Shown in pieces: positions 9,006 to 17,477 of a DNA stretch of 64,000 nt. The notes beneath the pieces were generated by a model, which worked only from the letters and a program-made list of their open reading frames with translations, did not search any database and had not been told where the DNA came from. The first letter of the stretch is position 1; each line of letters opens with the position of its first letter. The translations under genes and the position numbers were made by a program. This DNA comes from Pseudomonadota bacterium (GTDB lineage: Bacteria; Verrucomicrobiota; Verrucomicrobiia; Limisphaerales; SXTU01), in contig RFSE01000004.1 of assembly GCA_009924135.1 (NCBI GenBank), forward strand, positions 12,893 through 76,892, read 5' to 3'.

Positions 9006-11144
9006 TTACGCCTTGGAACCGTAAACTCCCTTGCTCCCGTAGTACTTGTTGCCGGAGTAGTAGTAATAATACCCCGTACCGGCACCTTGCGGGAGGAAAT
9101 TTAACACCAGACCAGAAGGCCGCGCGCCGGCACGCCGGAGCATTTCCAACGCGCGCATCACCACCCGCGTCGAGGTCTTCTTTGCGTGCATCACCAGACA
9201 AACTGTCTGGGCTTCTTTCACGATGAGCAGCGTGTCGCTCACGGCATTGATGGGCGCGTTATCCAGCACCACCTGGTCATATTTGCTGACCGCCTCGTGA
9301 ATCAGTTGCTTTGCCCATGGTCCGGACAGCAACTCGGCAGGGTTCGGCACCGGCCGGCCGGCCGTCAGCAGGAACAAGTTGTCAAACAGGGTCTTTTGCA
9401 CGCACGCATCCAATGGTTCCTTGCCCAACATCACATCGGTCGCCCCCGCCAAGTCTCCCTTGACGCCGAAGGTTTCCGACAAGCTGGGCTTGCGCAGATC
9501 CAGATCAATGACCAGCGTCCGCTTGCCCTGCTGGGCGTGCGAGACGGCATAGTTTACACAGCAGAACGATTTGCCTTCCGAAGGCACGGCACTGGTGAAC
9601 AGGACCACTTTGCGATCTGATTCCCGTCCCAGCAGCGCCAACGAGGCACGCAAACTACGAAATGCTTCAGCGCACAAGGAGGTGGGGTCATCGCTCATGA
9701 ACAAGCGGCTCCGGCCGTCCTTGACGAGCTTGTTCTTTGGCACCGCCCCCAGCACTGGCAAACCGAACACTCGCTCCGCCTGGTCCACCGATTTGATGGT
9801 CGTATCGAGCAAGTGAATGATCCACACCAGCCCAAAGCTCAAAGCCGTACCCAGAATCATGGCATACGCAAAAATCATCCGCTTGTTCGGGCGGATCGGC
9901 AGTTTGGGCAGATTGGCCGGCTCAATGATCTTGACGTTGTTTTTATTCTTCTCAATTCCACCCGTCACATCAATCTCGCGAATGCGCTTGACCACGCTGT
10001 CATGGAGGTTTTTTTCCAAGGCAACAGCCCCCTGCAACCGGTCATACTCGATCCGTTGCCGCGCTACTTCCCCGAGCTTGGATTCCGCTTCCTTGAGCTG
10101 GCGCATCAAGGTCTTTTCTTTGTCAATGGCGGCCATCAACTGCAATTTGATCCGCGCGGGCGCACGGCGGACTTCCTCTTCAAACGCCTTTCGAAAACTG
10201 GCGAGTTCATTCCGCGCCTGAATCATCGCGGGGTGCTTGTCCTTATAGCGCAGCTCAAGATTGCTTACATTGGCCTCCTGAGTCAGCAGCTTGTCCTTGA
10301 GCGTCACAACTTCCGCCGACTTGGCCACGGCTTCCAAGGTCAACAGTGTTTCGACCTTTCCATTCATGGCCTCTACCTGGCTCATTTCCCGCTCCCGCAA
10401 GCTGCGTTCATTCGTCGCCTCCAGCACCTGGGAACTCAGGCTCTTGTAATCTTCTGACACCGTGTCGGCGTTATTGAGCAGCGAAATATTGTTGGTCCGC
10501 ACGTACTCCTGAACCGCCCGCATGGCCTTCTCGAGGTTCTCCTTGATCCGTCTTTCTTCCACTATCAGCTGCTGTCCGGCGTTCTGCACTCCGCCCGTCC
10601 GGTCATCGCTGTTCTGCTTGATGTACTCCTCCACCACGGACTGGGCCATCAACCGGGCCATTTCCGGATTCTCGGCTTCAGCGGTTACATCAATCAAGCG
10701 CGTCATGCGGCGCAACCGGGAATCCACCGAAGCTGACAAAATCCGGACCAGTTGATCTTCGGACAGGATGTTGGTACCGCCCGTGAAATAGGGGTTATTG
10801 GTCAGACTGTTGGCGGCCACGACCCGCCGGAGAATTGCACTGCTCTTGACATTGTTGGCGATGGTATTGAGCAAATCCTGGCTGCCCTTATACTCACCCT
10901 TGGAGGACATGACCTCCTGAATGTTAATGACACTGGTTTCCGCTGTATCCAGCCAGAGGACGGACTTGCTCTGATACACTACCGGACTGTGCGCGCCCAC
11001 CCAGTAACCTAACGCGCCGGAAACAATCAAGATGGCCGCGACCAGCCACGATTTTTCGAGGAATGTCTGCCAGAGATCACGATTAATGGGGCTGTCACCA
11101 TCTGGGGACACTCCACCCGTCTGCAGCTTTTCTAACTGGTCCAT
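9006..11144 (-). CDS. Polysaccharide co-polymerase / tyrosine autokinase (Wzc/GumC-like)
   Basis: 712 aa. Contains an N-terminal Wzz-like TM plus coiled coil, a CpsD/CapB-type P-loop (SAVPSEGKSF), and the C-terminal Tyr cluster GYYYYYSGNKYYGSKGVYG. Confidence 0.85.
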   Translation of the reverse strand: MDQLEKLQTGGVSPDGDSPINRDLWQTFLEKSWLVAAILIVSGALGYWVGAHSPVVYQSKSVLWLDTAETSVINIQEVMSSKGEYKGSQDLLNTIANNVKSSAILRRVVAANSLTNNPYFTGGTNILSEDQLVRILSASVDSRLRRMTRLIDVTAEAENPEMARLMAQSVVEEYIKQNSDDRTGGVQNAGQQLIVEERRIKENLEKAMRAVQEYVRTNNISLLNNADTVSEDYKSLSSQVLEATNERSLREREMSQVEAMNGKVETLLTLEAVAKSAEVVTLKDKLLTQEANVSNLELRYKDKHPAMIQARNELASFRKAFEEEVRRAPARIKLQLMAAIDKEKTLMRQLKEAESKLGEVARQRIEYDRLQGAVALEKNLHDSVVKRIREIDVTGGIEKNKNNVKIIEPANLPKLPIRPNKRMIFAYAMILGTALSFGLVWIIHLLDTTIKSVDQAERVFGLPVLGAVPKNKLVKDGRSRLFMSDDPTSLCAEAFRSLRASLALLGRESDRKVVLFTSAVPSEGKSFCCVNYAVSHAQQGKRTLVIDLDLRKPSLSETFGVKGDLAGATDVMLGKEPLDACVQKTLFDNLFLLTAGRPVPNPAELLSGPWAKQLIHEAVSKYDQVVLDNAPINAVSDTLLIVKEAQTVCLVMHAKKTSTRVVMRALEMLRRAGARPSGLVLNFLPQGAGTGYYYYYSGNKYYGSKGVYGSKA

Positions 11145-11147
11145 CCC

Positions 11148-11837
11148 TTAAAATATAGTCTGCTTGACCACGATCACATCCCCCGGAGAAACAAGGAACG
11201 GTTTGGCATTTAGGTCCCGCATCATCGCTTTGACATCTTCGGTAAAAACCTTCTCCTGCCCACCCACCATCCGTTTAACGGTTACCTTTTCCTGATTGGC
11301 CAAGTTGGTGAAATCGCCTGCCAACGCGATGGCCTCCACCAAATTGACCTTCAGCCCTTCAGGAAGTTCCACCAGTCCCGGCTTTTTTACCTGGCCACTG
11401 ACCGTGATGCGGTCGAGTTTTTTTGCCACCACGACATTGGTCCGCGCTGTTTGCACCAATGTCACCGTAACGCCGGCCGATTTCAGATAGTACTGTTCGT
11501 AGAGTTCCTTGATGTGAAGATTGGCTTCCGCGATGGGCTTTCCCCCCAGTTTAACGGTCCCGATCAGATGCAAGGTGACCGTCCCGTCCTGATCCACTCG
11601 GGTTTCAGTCGTCAAATCAGGTTCACGATAAACGGCAACCCGGATTAAATCATTCGGCCCCAGCACATAACTGGCGTTGGTCGCCTGTCCTGCCACCTGG
11701 ACTGCAGCCGGAGCGGTTTGCGCGTGGAGAGTGTCGTTCAATCCTCGCCACGCGAAAGTGAAAAGAAATACGCAAGCAGCCGCCCACAGAATCCTGCAGG
11801 CGGCTGCTTTAATCGATTTGATAGATTTGCTTGCCAT
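11148..11837 (-). CDS. Polysaccharide export protein (Wza-like, Poly_export + SLBB)
   Basis: 229 aa with a signal sequence. YVLGPNDLIRVAVY... and DGTVTLHLIGTVKLGG are typical of the Poly_export domain. Confidence 0.8.
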   Translation of the reverse strand: MASKSIKSIKAAACRILWAAACVFLFTFAWRGLNDTLHAQTAPAAVQVAGQATNASYVLGPNDLIRVAVYREPDLTTETRVDQDGTVTLHLIGTVKLGGKPIAEANLHIKELYEQYYLKSAGVTVTLVQTARTNVVVAKKLDRITVSGQVKKPGLVELPEGLKVNLVEAIALAGDFTNLANQEKVTVKRMVGGQEKVFTEDVKAMMRDLNAKPFLVSPGDVIVVKQTIF

Positions 11838-11842
11838 CCCGA

Positions 11843-13081
11843 CTAGAAGCGATACGAGAGCTCAAGCCCAATCTGGTTGTTGACGAAATCATTCTGGTTC
11901 AGAGTCAGGTTGGACTCGTTCCGGCGGAACTGGTAGAAGGCAGTAGCCTGCGCCCGTTCCAGAAAGCGATAGGACAGAGACGGCTTAAGGTAGTAGTAAT
12001 TATCCTCACGCACCGCTCCCGGCGCGGTGGTGGTGGGAAGGTTCGCCGAGTAATGCGAAATCATGTAGCCACCCTCAAACTGGGCCGTCAAGTTATCCAT
12101 CAACCCGTGCTTAAGGGTCAAGCTGACGGAGGTTTCTTCGTTATTCAAATCACCAGCGGCGTTTGAAGGCTTGGTGCCACGGCTGGCGGCCAAAACCACC
12201 ATCGTCCGCTCAGCAAGCTTCCAGTCACCTTCAAGGCCGAAGATCAAGTTAAGGCGATCCTTGGCCGAGGCATCCTGCAAATGGCGCTCCTCGATACCGC
12301 CGTTGACCTTGACATTAAGCTTCTCAGTAGCCTGCCAATCCAACCGCACCTGACCGTTGTAGTACAAGGTGTTCGGATTGTGGCTCAGGGCATCACCATC
12401 AACCTGGAGGTAGCCGCCACCCACGCCTGCACCCATCTTGACTTTGGGCAACACCTGGTAATCAAGCCATGCATTCGCAGAGCGGTCCACAGAACTGACG
12501 AACCCAGCCGCCGGGTAATCGTTGATCGACTGGTTCAAATCCAAGCTGGTCGTCGTCTTATCACTGACCTCGTAGGTGCCGCCCGCCTTGGTGACCCACA
12601 GTTTGCGCTCCACACGGCCATTGGCAGCCAGATTGTGCGTATCCGCATCCGAGTAGGAATTCAAACTCTGCGACGCGTAGAGCGCCAAACGGTTCAGCTT
12701 ACCACCCAGTTCGATTTTCGCGTTGTGGTCAACGGAGTCCGAACCCGTGTGATTAAGGAAGCGGGTGATCGCCGCCTCGTAATTTGCGTCGAAATAGGCT
12801 GACTGGCGCTGGGCCGCATCACCAGCATTCAGGCGCAGACCCGGCGTGATAACATCAATCCAGTCATGATCACGGCCCGCATTGTTGTCGGGCGTCGCAA
12901 TTCCTTTGACCGTCTTGTGCTCCAAGAATATGTTGTCATCGTATAAGAACTGATTGTAGACGTGGGGACGAATGTCCACTCCGCCCACGTTAAAGAGCGG
13001 ACCAGCATCCTCAGCGGTTGCCCCCACAGCTCCAACCATCATGGTCGCTCCACCCAGTACTGCGATTTTCAGGTTACTCAT
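11843..13081 (-). CDS. Outer-membrane beta-barrel protein (EPS-locus associated)
   Basis: 412 aa with a signal peptide, an alternating beta-strand pattern, and the C-terminal ...GLELSYRF. It is the first gene of the Wza/Wzc operon. Confidence 0.6.
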   Translation of the reverse strand: MSNLKIAVLGGATMMVGAVGATAEDAGPLFNVGGVDIRPHVYNQFLYDDNIFLEHKTVKGIATPDNNAGRDHDWIDVITPGLRLNAGDAAQRQSAYFDANYEAAITRFLNHTGSDSVDHNAKIELGGKLNRLALYASQSLNSYSDADTHNLAANGRVERKLWVTKAGGTYEVSDKTTTSLDLNQSINDYPAAGFVSSVDRSANAWLDYQVLPKVKMGAGVGGGYLQVDGDALSHNPNTLYYNGQVRLDWQATEKLNVKVNGGIEERHLQDASAKDRLNLIFGLEGDWKLAERTMVVLAASRGTKPSNAAGDLNNEETSVSLTLKHGLMDNLTAQFEGGYMISHYSANLPTTTAPGAVREDNYYYLKPSLSYRFLERAQATAFYQFRRNESNLTLNQNDFVNNQIGLELSYRF

Positions 13082-13106
13082 AATCGTGTCAGTTTGTCTT
13101 CTTTTT

Positions 13107-13122
13107 AGCTAAATTCTTGCCT
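13107..13122 (-). promoter_or_regulatory. Candidate sigma-54 (-24/-12) promoter for the OMP-wza-wzc operon
   Basis: The minus strand reads aGGCAAGaattTAGCt. Against TGGCACG-N4-TTGCW, the GG and GC are correctly spaced. It lies about 25 nt upstream of the ATG at 13081, and a sigma-54 activator is encoded in the locus. Confidence 0.3.
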
Positions 13123-13162
13123 TATAATTTTTTGCGGATTCAGAAGTTCAAATACTTACTCA

Positions 13163-13762
13163 CTACTTCTTCGACGGGTTCGAGACGTTCTTCGACGGGT
13201 TCGAGACGTTCTTCGACGGGTTCGAGACGTTCTTCGACGGGTTCGAGACGTTGAGATTATTCAGATTGCCCGCCACCGGATTACCGAAATCACCTGCGGT
13301 GAGTGTAGGCACAAACGGCAGCAACACAGTGATAATGTTACTCTTCTGAGCAGAGGCACCCTCACTACCGCCCGCCGCAATCGCCTTTACGAGTTCAACC
13401 TTCATGCCCGGGTTGCCCGACGCAACACCATTAGCAGCCGCCAAGCAGATGGCAACGGACGAGTTGGGCAGCAGGGCGCAAGCCTGACGCACGGCTTCCT
13501 GCAGCTCTTCGCGGCCAACGCCCGGCTTGGAGCCGAGGTAGGCCACGATCTTCTTGGCCATGTCTTCCTTGTCAGCGGCAGGTGTGTTTTTCAGAATGTC
13601 CGCCACCTTCTGGCCGATTTTCTTGCCCTTGACGCCATCCAGCTCATTCTTGTGAGTGGTGGTCAGGTTAGCCTCGGCTGAAGCGTCGTAGGTGAAGCAC
13701 ACACCCGTGAGCAGGAGGGTTCCGAGGGCGAGGGACTTGATGATGTTGGCGGCAGTTTTCAT
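13163..13762 (-). CDS. Secreted protein of unknown function with C-terminal (NVSNPSK)x4 repeat
   Basis: ATG at 13762 gives the signal peptide MKTAANIIKSLALGTLLLTGVCF...A/EA. The ORF-track start at 13786 is TTG. The C-terminus is built from 4 perfect 21-bp repeats. Confidence 0.7.
   Translation of the reverse strand: MKTAANIIKSLALGTLLLTGVCFTYDASAEANLTTTHKNELDGVKGKKIGQKVADILKNTPAADKEDMAKKIVAYLGSKPGVGREELQEAVRQACALLPNSSVAICLAAANGVASGNPGMKVELVKAIAAGGSEGASAQKSNIITVLLPFVPTLTAGDFGNPVAGNLNNLNVSNPSKNVSNPSKNVSNPSKNVSNPSKK
13169..13252 (-). repeat. Perfect 21-bp tandem repeat x4 (coding VNTR)
   Basis: CTTCGACGGGTTCGAGACGTT is repeated four times without a mismatch at 13169-13189, 13190-13210, 13211-13231 and 13232-13252. 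Confidence 0.95.
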
Positions 13763-13846
13763 GTTCGTTTTTGAAAGTTTTTCCAAACTCTTTGCGACAC
13801 TAGGCGAAATGGCGGATTTGTGACAACACTTTTTTCATTTTCTTGA

Positions 13847-14641
13847 TCAATATCGCGCCACCGCTCCGCCGGGCTTTAACCCGAGCGCCGCCGTGTTCTC
13901 CCGCGCCTTGGTCAGCATCATGCCCAATTCGCTGGCCACGGCGATAAATTGGAAGCCTTCCGCAGCACGGCGCTTCGCCGATTCCACATCCGGCACGTGA
14001 ATGCCAGATGCGATGCCATACTTTTTCGCCGTCTCGCGCACGGCCTTCAGCGCATCCACAAACGGCTCGTAATTACTGTCGAAAGCTGGTTTGCGGCCCA
14101 TGCTTTTGTGCAGGTCATTGGGACCGATAAACACGCCGTCAATGCCGGGCACGCTGAGAATGGCGTCGAGATTTTCCACGCCCTTGACGTGCTCGATCAT
14201 CACCATCAACAGAATCTCGTCATTGGCCTTCTCGTAGTACGTGGCCGGGTCAGTGCCGAAGTTCGGCGCGTGCAACTGGCCGCCCACGGAGCGGTTGCCA
14301 ACGGGATGATAGCGCGTGTGCTGCACGGCTTCCTCGCACTCGGCGCGCGAGTTCACCATCGGCACCACCACGCCCCACGCGCCGATGTCCAGCACGCGCT
14401 TGATGTTTTCGCCGGTATTCCACGGCACACGCACAAGCGGCGCGCAGCCGCCAGCGGCTATGCCCATGAAGCTGTAGGACACGGTCTCGAAATTGTAGCC
14501 GGAGTGCTCCATGTCGCACGTGAGCCAGTCGAAGCCCAGGCCGGACATGAGGCGCGCCGCCGCAGGATCGGGCAGCGCCAGCCAAGTCCCGAAGCTGACT
14601 TCACCGCGTTTGAGTTTGGCACGGACGTGATTTTGTTTCAT
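13847..14641 (-). CDS. HpcH/HpaI-family aldolase (2-keto-3-deoxy-acid aldolase)
   Basis: ATG at 14641 gives MKQNHVRAKLKRGEVSFGTWLALPDPAAARLMSGLGFDWLTCDMEHS..., a typical family N-terminus. The longer ORF to 14848 overlaps the upstream gene. Confidence 0.85.
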   Translation of the reverse strand: MKQNHVRAKLKRGEVSFGTWLALPDPAAARLMSGLGFDWLTCDMEHSGYNFETVSYSFMGIAAGGCAPLVRVPWNTGENIKRVLDIGAWGVVVPMVNSRAECEEAVQHTRYHPVGNRSVGGQLHAPNFGTDPATYYEKANDEILLMVMIEHVKGVENLDAILSVPGIDGVFIGPNDLHKSMGRKPAFDSNYEPFVDALKAVRETAKKYGIASGIHVPDVESAKRRAAEGFQFIAVASELGMMLTKARENTAALGLKPGGAVARY

Positions 14642-14705
14642 GTGTTCGTAAATGGAAGCGACCAGGCGAAATTTTGCGAGCGGATTTTTTGGTGGAAAGC
14701 AGGTC

Positions 14706-14808
14706 GCGCGAAGGCTGCGAAGAGAGCGAAGGGGGAAGGAATCCACCGGAATAGAACCGCCAACAGCACGGCCTTCGCGGCTTTCACTGGCCTCCTCACT
14801 TCCCCTGC
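14706..14808. repeat. Tandem-repeat-armed hairpin element (9-nt GCGAAGNNN units)
   Basis: GCGAAG occurs at 14708, 14717 and 14726 (9-nt period), followed by GGGAAG. After a 30-nt spacer, complementary degenerate units CTTCGCGGC TTTCACTGG CCTCCTCAC TTCCCCTGC run from 14773. The right arm overlaps the stop codon of 14796..15686. Confidence 0.5.
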
Positions 14809-15686
14809 AACGCCCGGAACCGGGTCCGCATTTCACTGACCGTCCCAACCGTGAGGAACACGTCGTATTCCAGCTTGAAGCCGTTGGTGATGGCCAGCGT
14901 GCGAATCGGCGCGAAGTAGGAGCAGCCGCTGCCGGCGGGGCCGGGTTTGCCCCGGTTGCGGTAGAACGTCATTTCCGTCGTTCCGGGCACGCAGACACCC
15001 AGGCCCCAGTCGCTGGCATCCACGTAGGCGGCCCAGTTTTCCGCGAGTCCCCGGTCATATTCGTTCGGCGGCTGCTGGCCGGGCACGCGCCGCGTGAGCG
15101 CCGCCCCGGTCCATGGGGCAGTTCCCTTGTAGTAAACTAGATTCGTCAGCGCGTAGTCCGCAAAAACCGCCGGCAGTTCCTGATGGGCGGGCGGATGATT
15201 CGTCGCCCCGGCGTAAGTCATGCGGAACCGCAGGTGCGCCACGCGGTTGGTCAGGGTCAGCCACTCCTCCATCACCACGTCCGGCAGGTCCACGCCGGTC
15301 GCCCAGTGCTTGGGCAGGGTCTGCGCGTACAGTGTCTTTAAGGTGTTCGTAAAAGCCAGTATGCGCGCCGGTTCGCCGCGCCAGCCGCCGCCTTGAACGG
15401 GATTCCACCGCCACGGATTGCCGTTCCAATCCGAGCCATCCTTCACGCCGTAGTACGACTGCTGGATGAACCGGCCCTTGTCGTAATGGTTCAGCAGGTT
15501 CCGCCCCGTCGCGCTCTCACCGAAGTAGCCGATGCTTCCGCCCGCCGCCCGGTCCACGCCCAGGCGCACCTGGCCGTTGTCAAGGTAGAGCCAGTCGGCG
15601 GCCGGAACACCTGAAGTGAGCGTCTGAACCAAGAGGCCGGCAAAGACCGCTAACACGCACGCTTTCAAGGAACGGCACCTTTCCAA
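14796..15686 (-). CDS. Hypothetical secreted protein
   Basis: 296 aa with signal peptide MERCRSLKACVLAVFAGLLVQTLTSGVPA/AD. No motif I can assign. An alternative TTG start at 15668 overlaps the upstream stop. Confidence 0.6.
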   Translation of the reverse strand: MERCRSLKACVLAVFAGLLVQTLTSGVPAADWLYLDNGQVRLGVDRAAGGSIGYFGESATGRNLLNHYDKGRFIQQSYYGVKDGSDWNGNPWRWNPVQGGGWRGEPARILAFTNTLKTLYAQTLPKHWATGVDLPDVVMEEWLTLTNRVAHLRFRMTYAGATNHPPAHQELPAVFADYALTNLVYYKGTAPWTGAALTRRVPGQQPPNEYDRGLAENWAAYVDASDWGLGVCVPGTTEMTFYRNRGKPGPAGSGCSYFAPIRTLAITNGFKLEYDVFLTVGTVSEMRTRFRALQGK

Positions 15687-16183
15687 TCACCATATGCTTC
15701 AGCCATCATGGTTGCTGCGTCGCCAGCGGACACCATGCCAACCCCGGTGGCAAGGCCCGGACAAAAAACTTCACTGCCAACCTCGGCATTCGCACCTGCA
15801 ACCCTAAGCACGGCTCGCATGGCCCTGTAACAACTTCGCGGTTCCACCATTTCTGGCATTACCATTGTTGGAGCTACGATCAAGAATGGCACTCGCTGGT
15901 GTCCGGTACAAACAACCAGACTTGCTCCGACCGGCAAGCATCCTTCTGCCCTGCGGGCAATCGCCTCCTGAACTTTCCGTTCAATCTCCCCACCGAAGAA
16001 CTCGCGGTAACAGGCGTCAATGCCACCGTCCATGAAACCGTAACTGTTGGCAGGTGACACAACACTGTTCGCAGCAACGGCCAAGAGGTCACTTTGACGA
16101 ATCGTGACCTCTGGAAACTGCCTGAACGCCTTTGTCCAGGCCGCCACCAATTCGCCGTCATGATCAACGAGGCGTAGTCGCAT
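15665..16183 (-). CDS. Macro-domain (ADP-ribose binding/hydrolase) protein
   Basis: ATG at 16183 gives MRLRLVDHDGELVAAW...VVSPANSYGFMDGGIDACYREFFG, typical of stand-alone macro domains. Confidence 0.75.
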   Translation of the reverse strand: MRLRLVDHDGELVAAWTKAFRQFPEVTIRQSDLLAVAANSVVSPANSYGFMDGGIDACYREFFGGEIERKVQEAIARRAEGCLPVGASLVVCTGHQRVPFLIVAPTMVMPEMVEPRSCYRAMRAVLRVAGANAEVGSEVFCPGLATGVGMVSAGDAATMMAEAYGDWKGAVP

Positions 16184-16264
16184 GTTGAGTGCAGCACTCC
16201 GCCCGGGGAGCATCTCCACGCATCGGCCCCGTTCGTCGCTTGCGGAACGGGACTCGGTGGCAGT

Positions 16265-17266
16265 TCACTGCACCTGCGCCCGCAACGCCGGGGACTGGAA
16301 GACATCTCCGTTTACCACGTGCGTGGGCTTCTTCCCGTGCATCAGGTCCACGATGGCCTGGGCGGCAGCGAGGCTGACGCGCTCGCCGGTCTCGCGGCCG
16401 TTGAAGGCCTGGTGCGGTGTAAGCAGCACGTTCGGAGCGCGGCGCAGCGGATGATCGTTGGGCAGCGGCTCGGCGGTAAACGCGTCCACGGCGGCCCCGG
16501 CGATGGTCTTCTGCTCCAGCGCGCGGACCAGCGCGGCCTCGTCCACCAGCGCACCGCGTGCGGTGTTGATGAGGTAGCTGCTGGGCTTCATCAGCTTGAA
16601 CTGCGCCTCACCGATGAGGCCGCGGTTCTGCGGCGTGAGGGCGCAGTTAAGCGAGACGAAATCACTCTTGGCAAGCAGCTCTTCGAGGGAAACGAACTTG
16701 ACGCCCAAGGCCTCGGCGTAAGGGTTCGGCGCGATGTCGTGACCGAGGATCTGCATGTTGAAGCCGGCGGCGCGCTTCGCCACGGCCTGGCCGATGCGGC
16801 CGCAGCCGATGATGCCCAGCGTCTTGTTCGACACGTCATGACCCCACGCGACCGACCACTGGCTGTTGCGCATGACGAGGTGACCCTCATGCACGCGACG
16901 GGCGAGCGCAAAGAGCAAGGCCCATGTGTAATCCGCCACGGCGCCGTCCAACATGCCGGGCGTGAAGGCCACGACGATGCCCAGGCGGGTGGCCGTGGGA
17001 ATGTCAATCGAGTCATAGCCCACGCCCCAGCGTGAGAGGCACTTGATGCCGGCGGCGTTGGCGTGCTGAAGCACGGCGGGCGTGTACTTGTCCGCGCTGC
17101 ACAGCGTCGCGTCGCAGCCGGCCATGTAGGCCTGGACATCGTCGGCGCTGAGCGGGCCGAACTTGGGCGCGAGCACGACTTCGCAACCGGAGTCGCGCAG
17201 GAGTTGATAAGCAGGCTGGCCGACTTCTTCAGCGGCCCGGGCGGTGATAAGCACTTTCCACGACAT
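16265..17266 (-). CDS. D-isomer-specific 2-hydroxyacid dehydrogenase (PGDH-like)
   Basis: 333 aa. Contains the NAD fold GIIGCGRIGQAVAKRA and catalytic-region motifs (NTARG, HQAF). Confidence 0.85.
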   Translation of the reverse strand: MSWKVLITARAAEEVGQPAYQLLRDSGCEVVLAPKFGPLSADDVQAYMAGCDATLCSADKYTPAVLQHANAAGIKCLSRWGVGYDSIDIPTATRLGIVVAFTPGMLDGAVADYTWALLFALARRVHEGHLVMRNSQWSVAWGHDVSNKTLGIIGCGRIGQAVAKRAAGFNMQILGHDIAPNPYAEALGVKFVSLEELLAKSDFVSLNCALTPQNRGLIGEAQFKLMKPSSYLINTARGALVDEAALVRALEQKTIAGAAVDAFTAEPLPNDHPLRRAPNVLLTPHQAFNGRETGERVSLAAAQAIVDLMHGKKPTHVVNGDVFQSPALRAQVQ

Positions 17267-17324
17267 ATAGGGGGGTGATTGTGAAGAAACCGCCGCTGCG
17301 GTGCAAGCGCGCCGTCTGCCCTAG

Positions 17325-17420
17325 CTTGTAATCTTAATCTTTCTCTTAATCTTTCTCCCTTCGGACGGAGCGGAAGTGCGGGATTAAGATTACGAGCAGG
17401 AGGAAGAGTAAGATTAGCAG
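17325..17420. repeat. Hairpin element with tandem-repeat arms (CTTAATCTTTCT x2 / GATTAAGATTAC...)
   Basis: Left arm is CTTGTAATCTTAATCTTTCTCTTAATCTTTCTCCC. After a 20-nt loop, the right arm is GGGATTAAGATTACGAGCAGGAGGAAGAGTAAGATTAGCAG. Located in a divergent intergenic region. Confidence 0.6.
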
Positions 17421-17477
17421 ACCGGAAAATACCGGCGCCCCGTTGACACGCTTTGTATTCTAGGGGCAGAAGAACCC

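Noticed and set aside
13847-14848. Long (333-aa) version of the HpcH aldolase ORF
   Set aside because: The N-terminal 69 codons run through the GCGAAG repeat element and overlap the upstream gene's 3' end. The family-typical N-terminus starts at the ATG at 14641.
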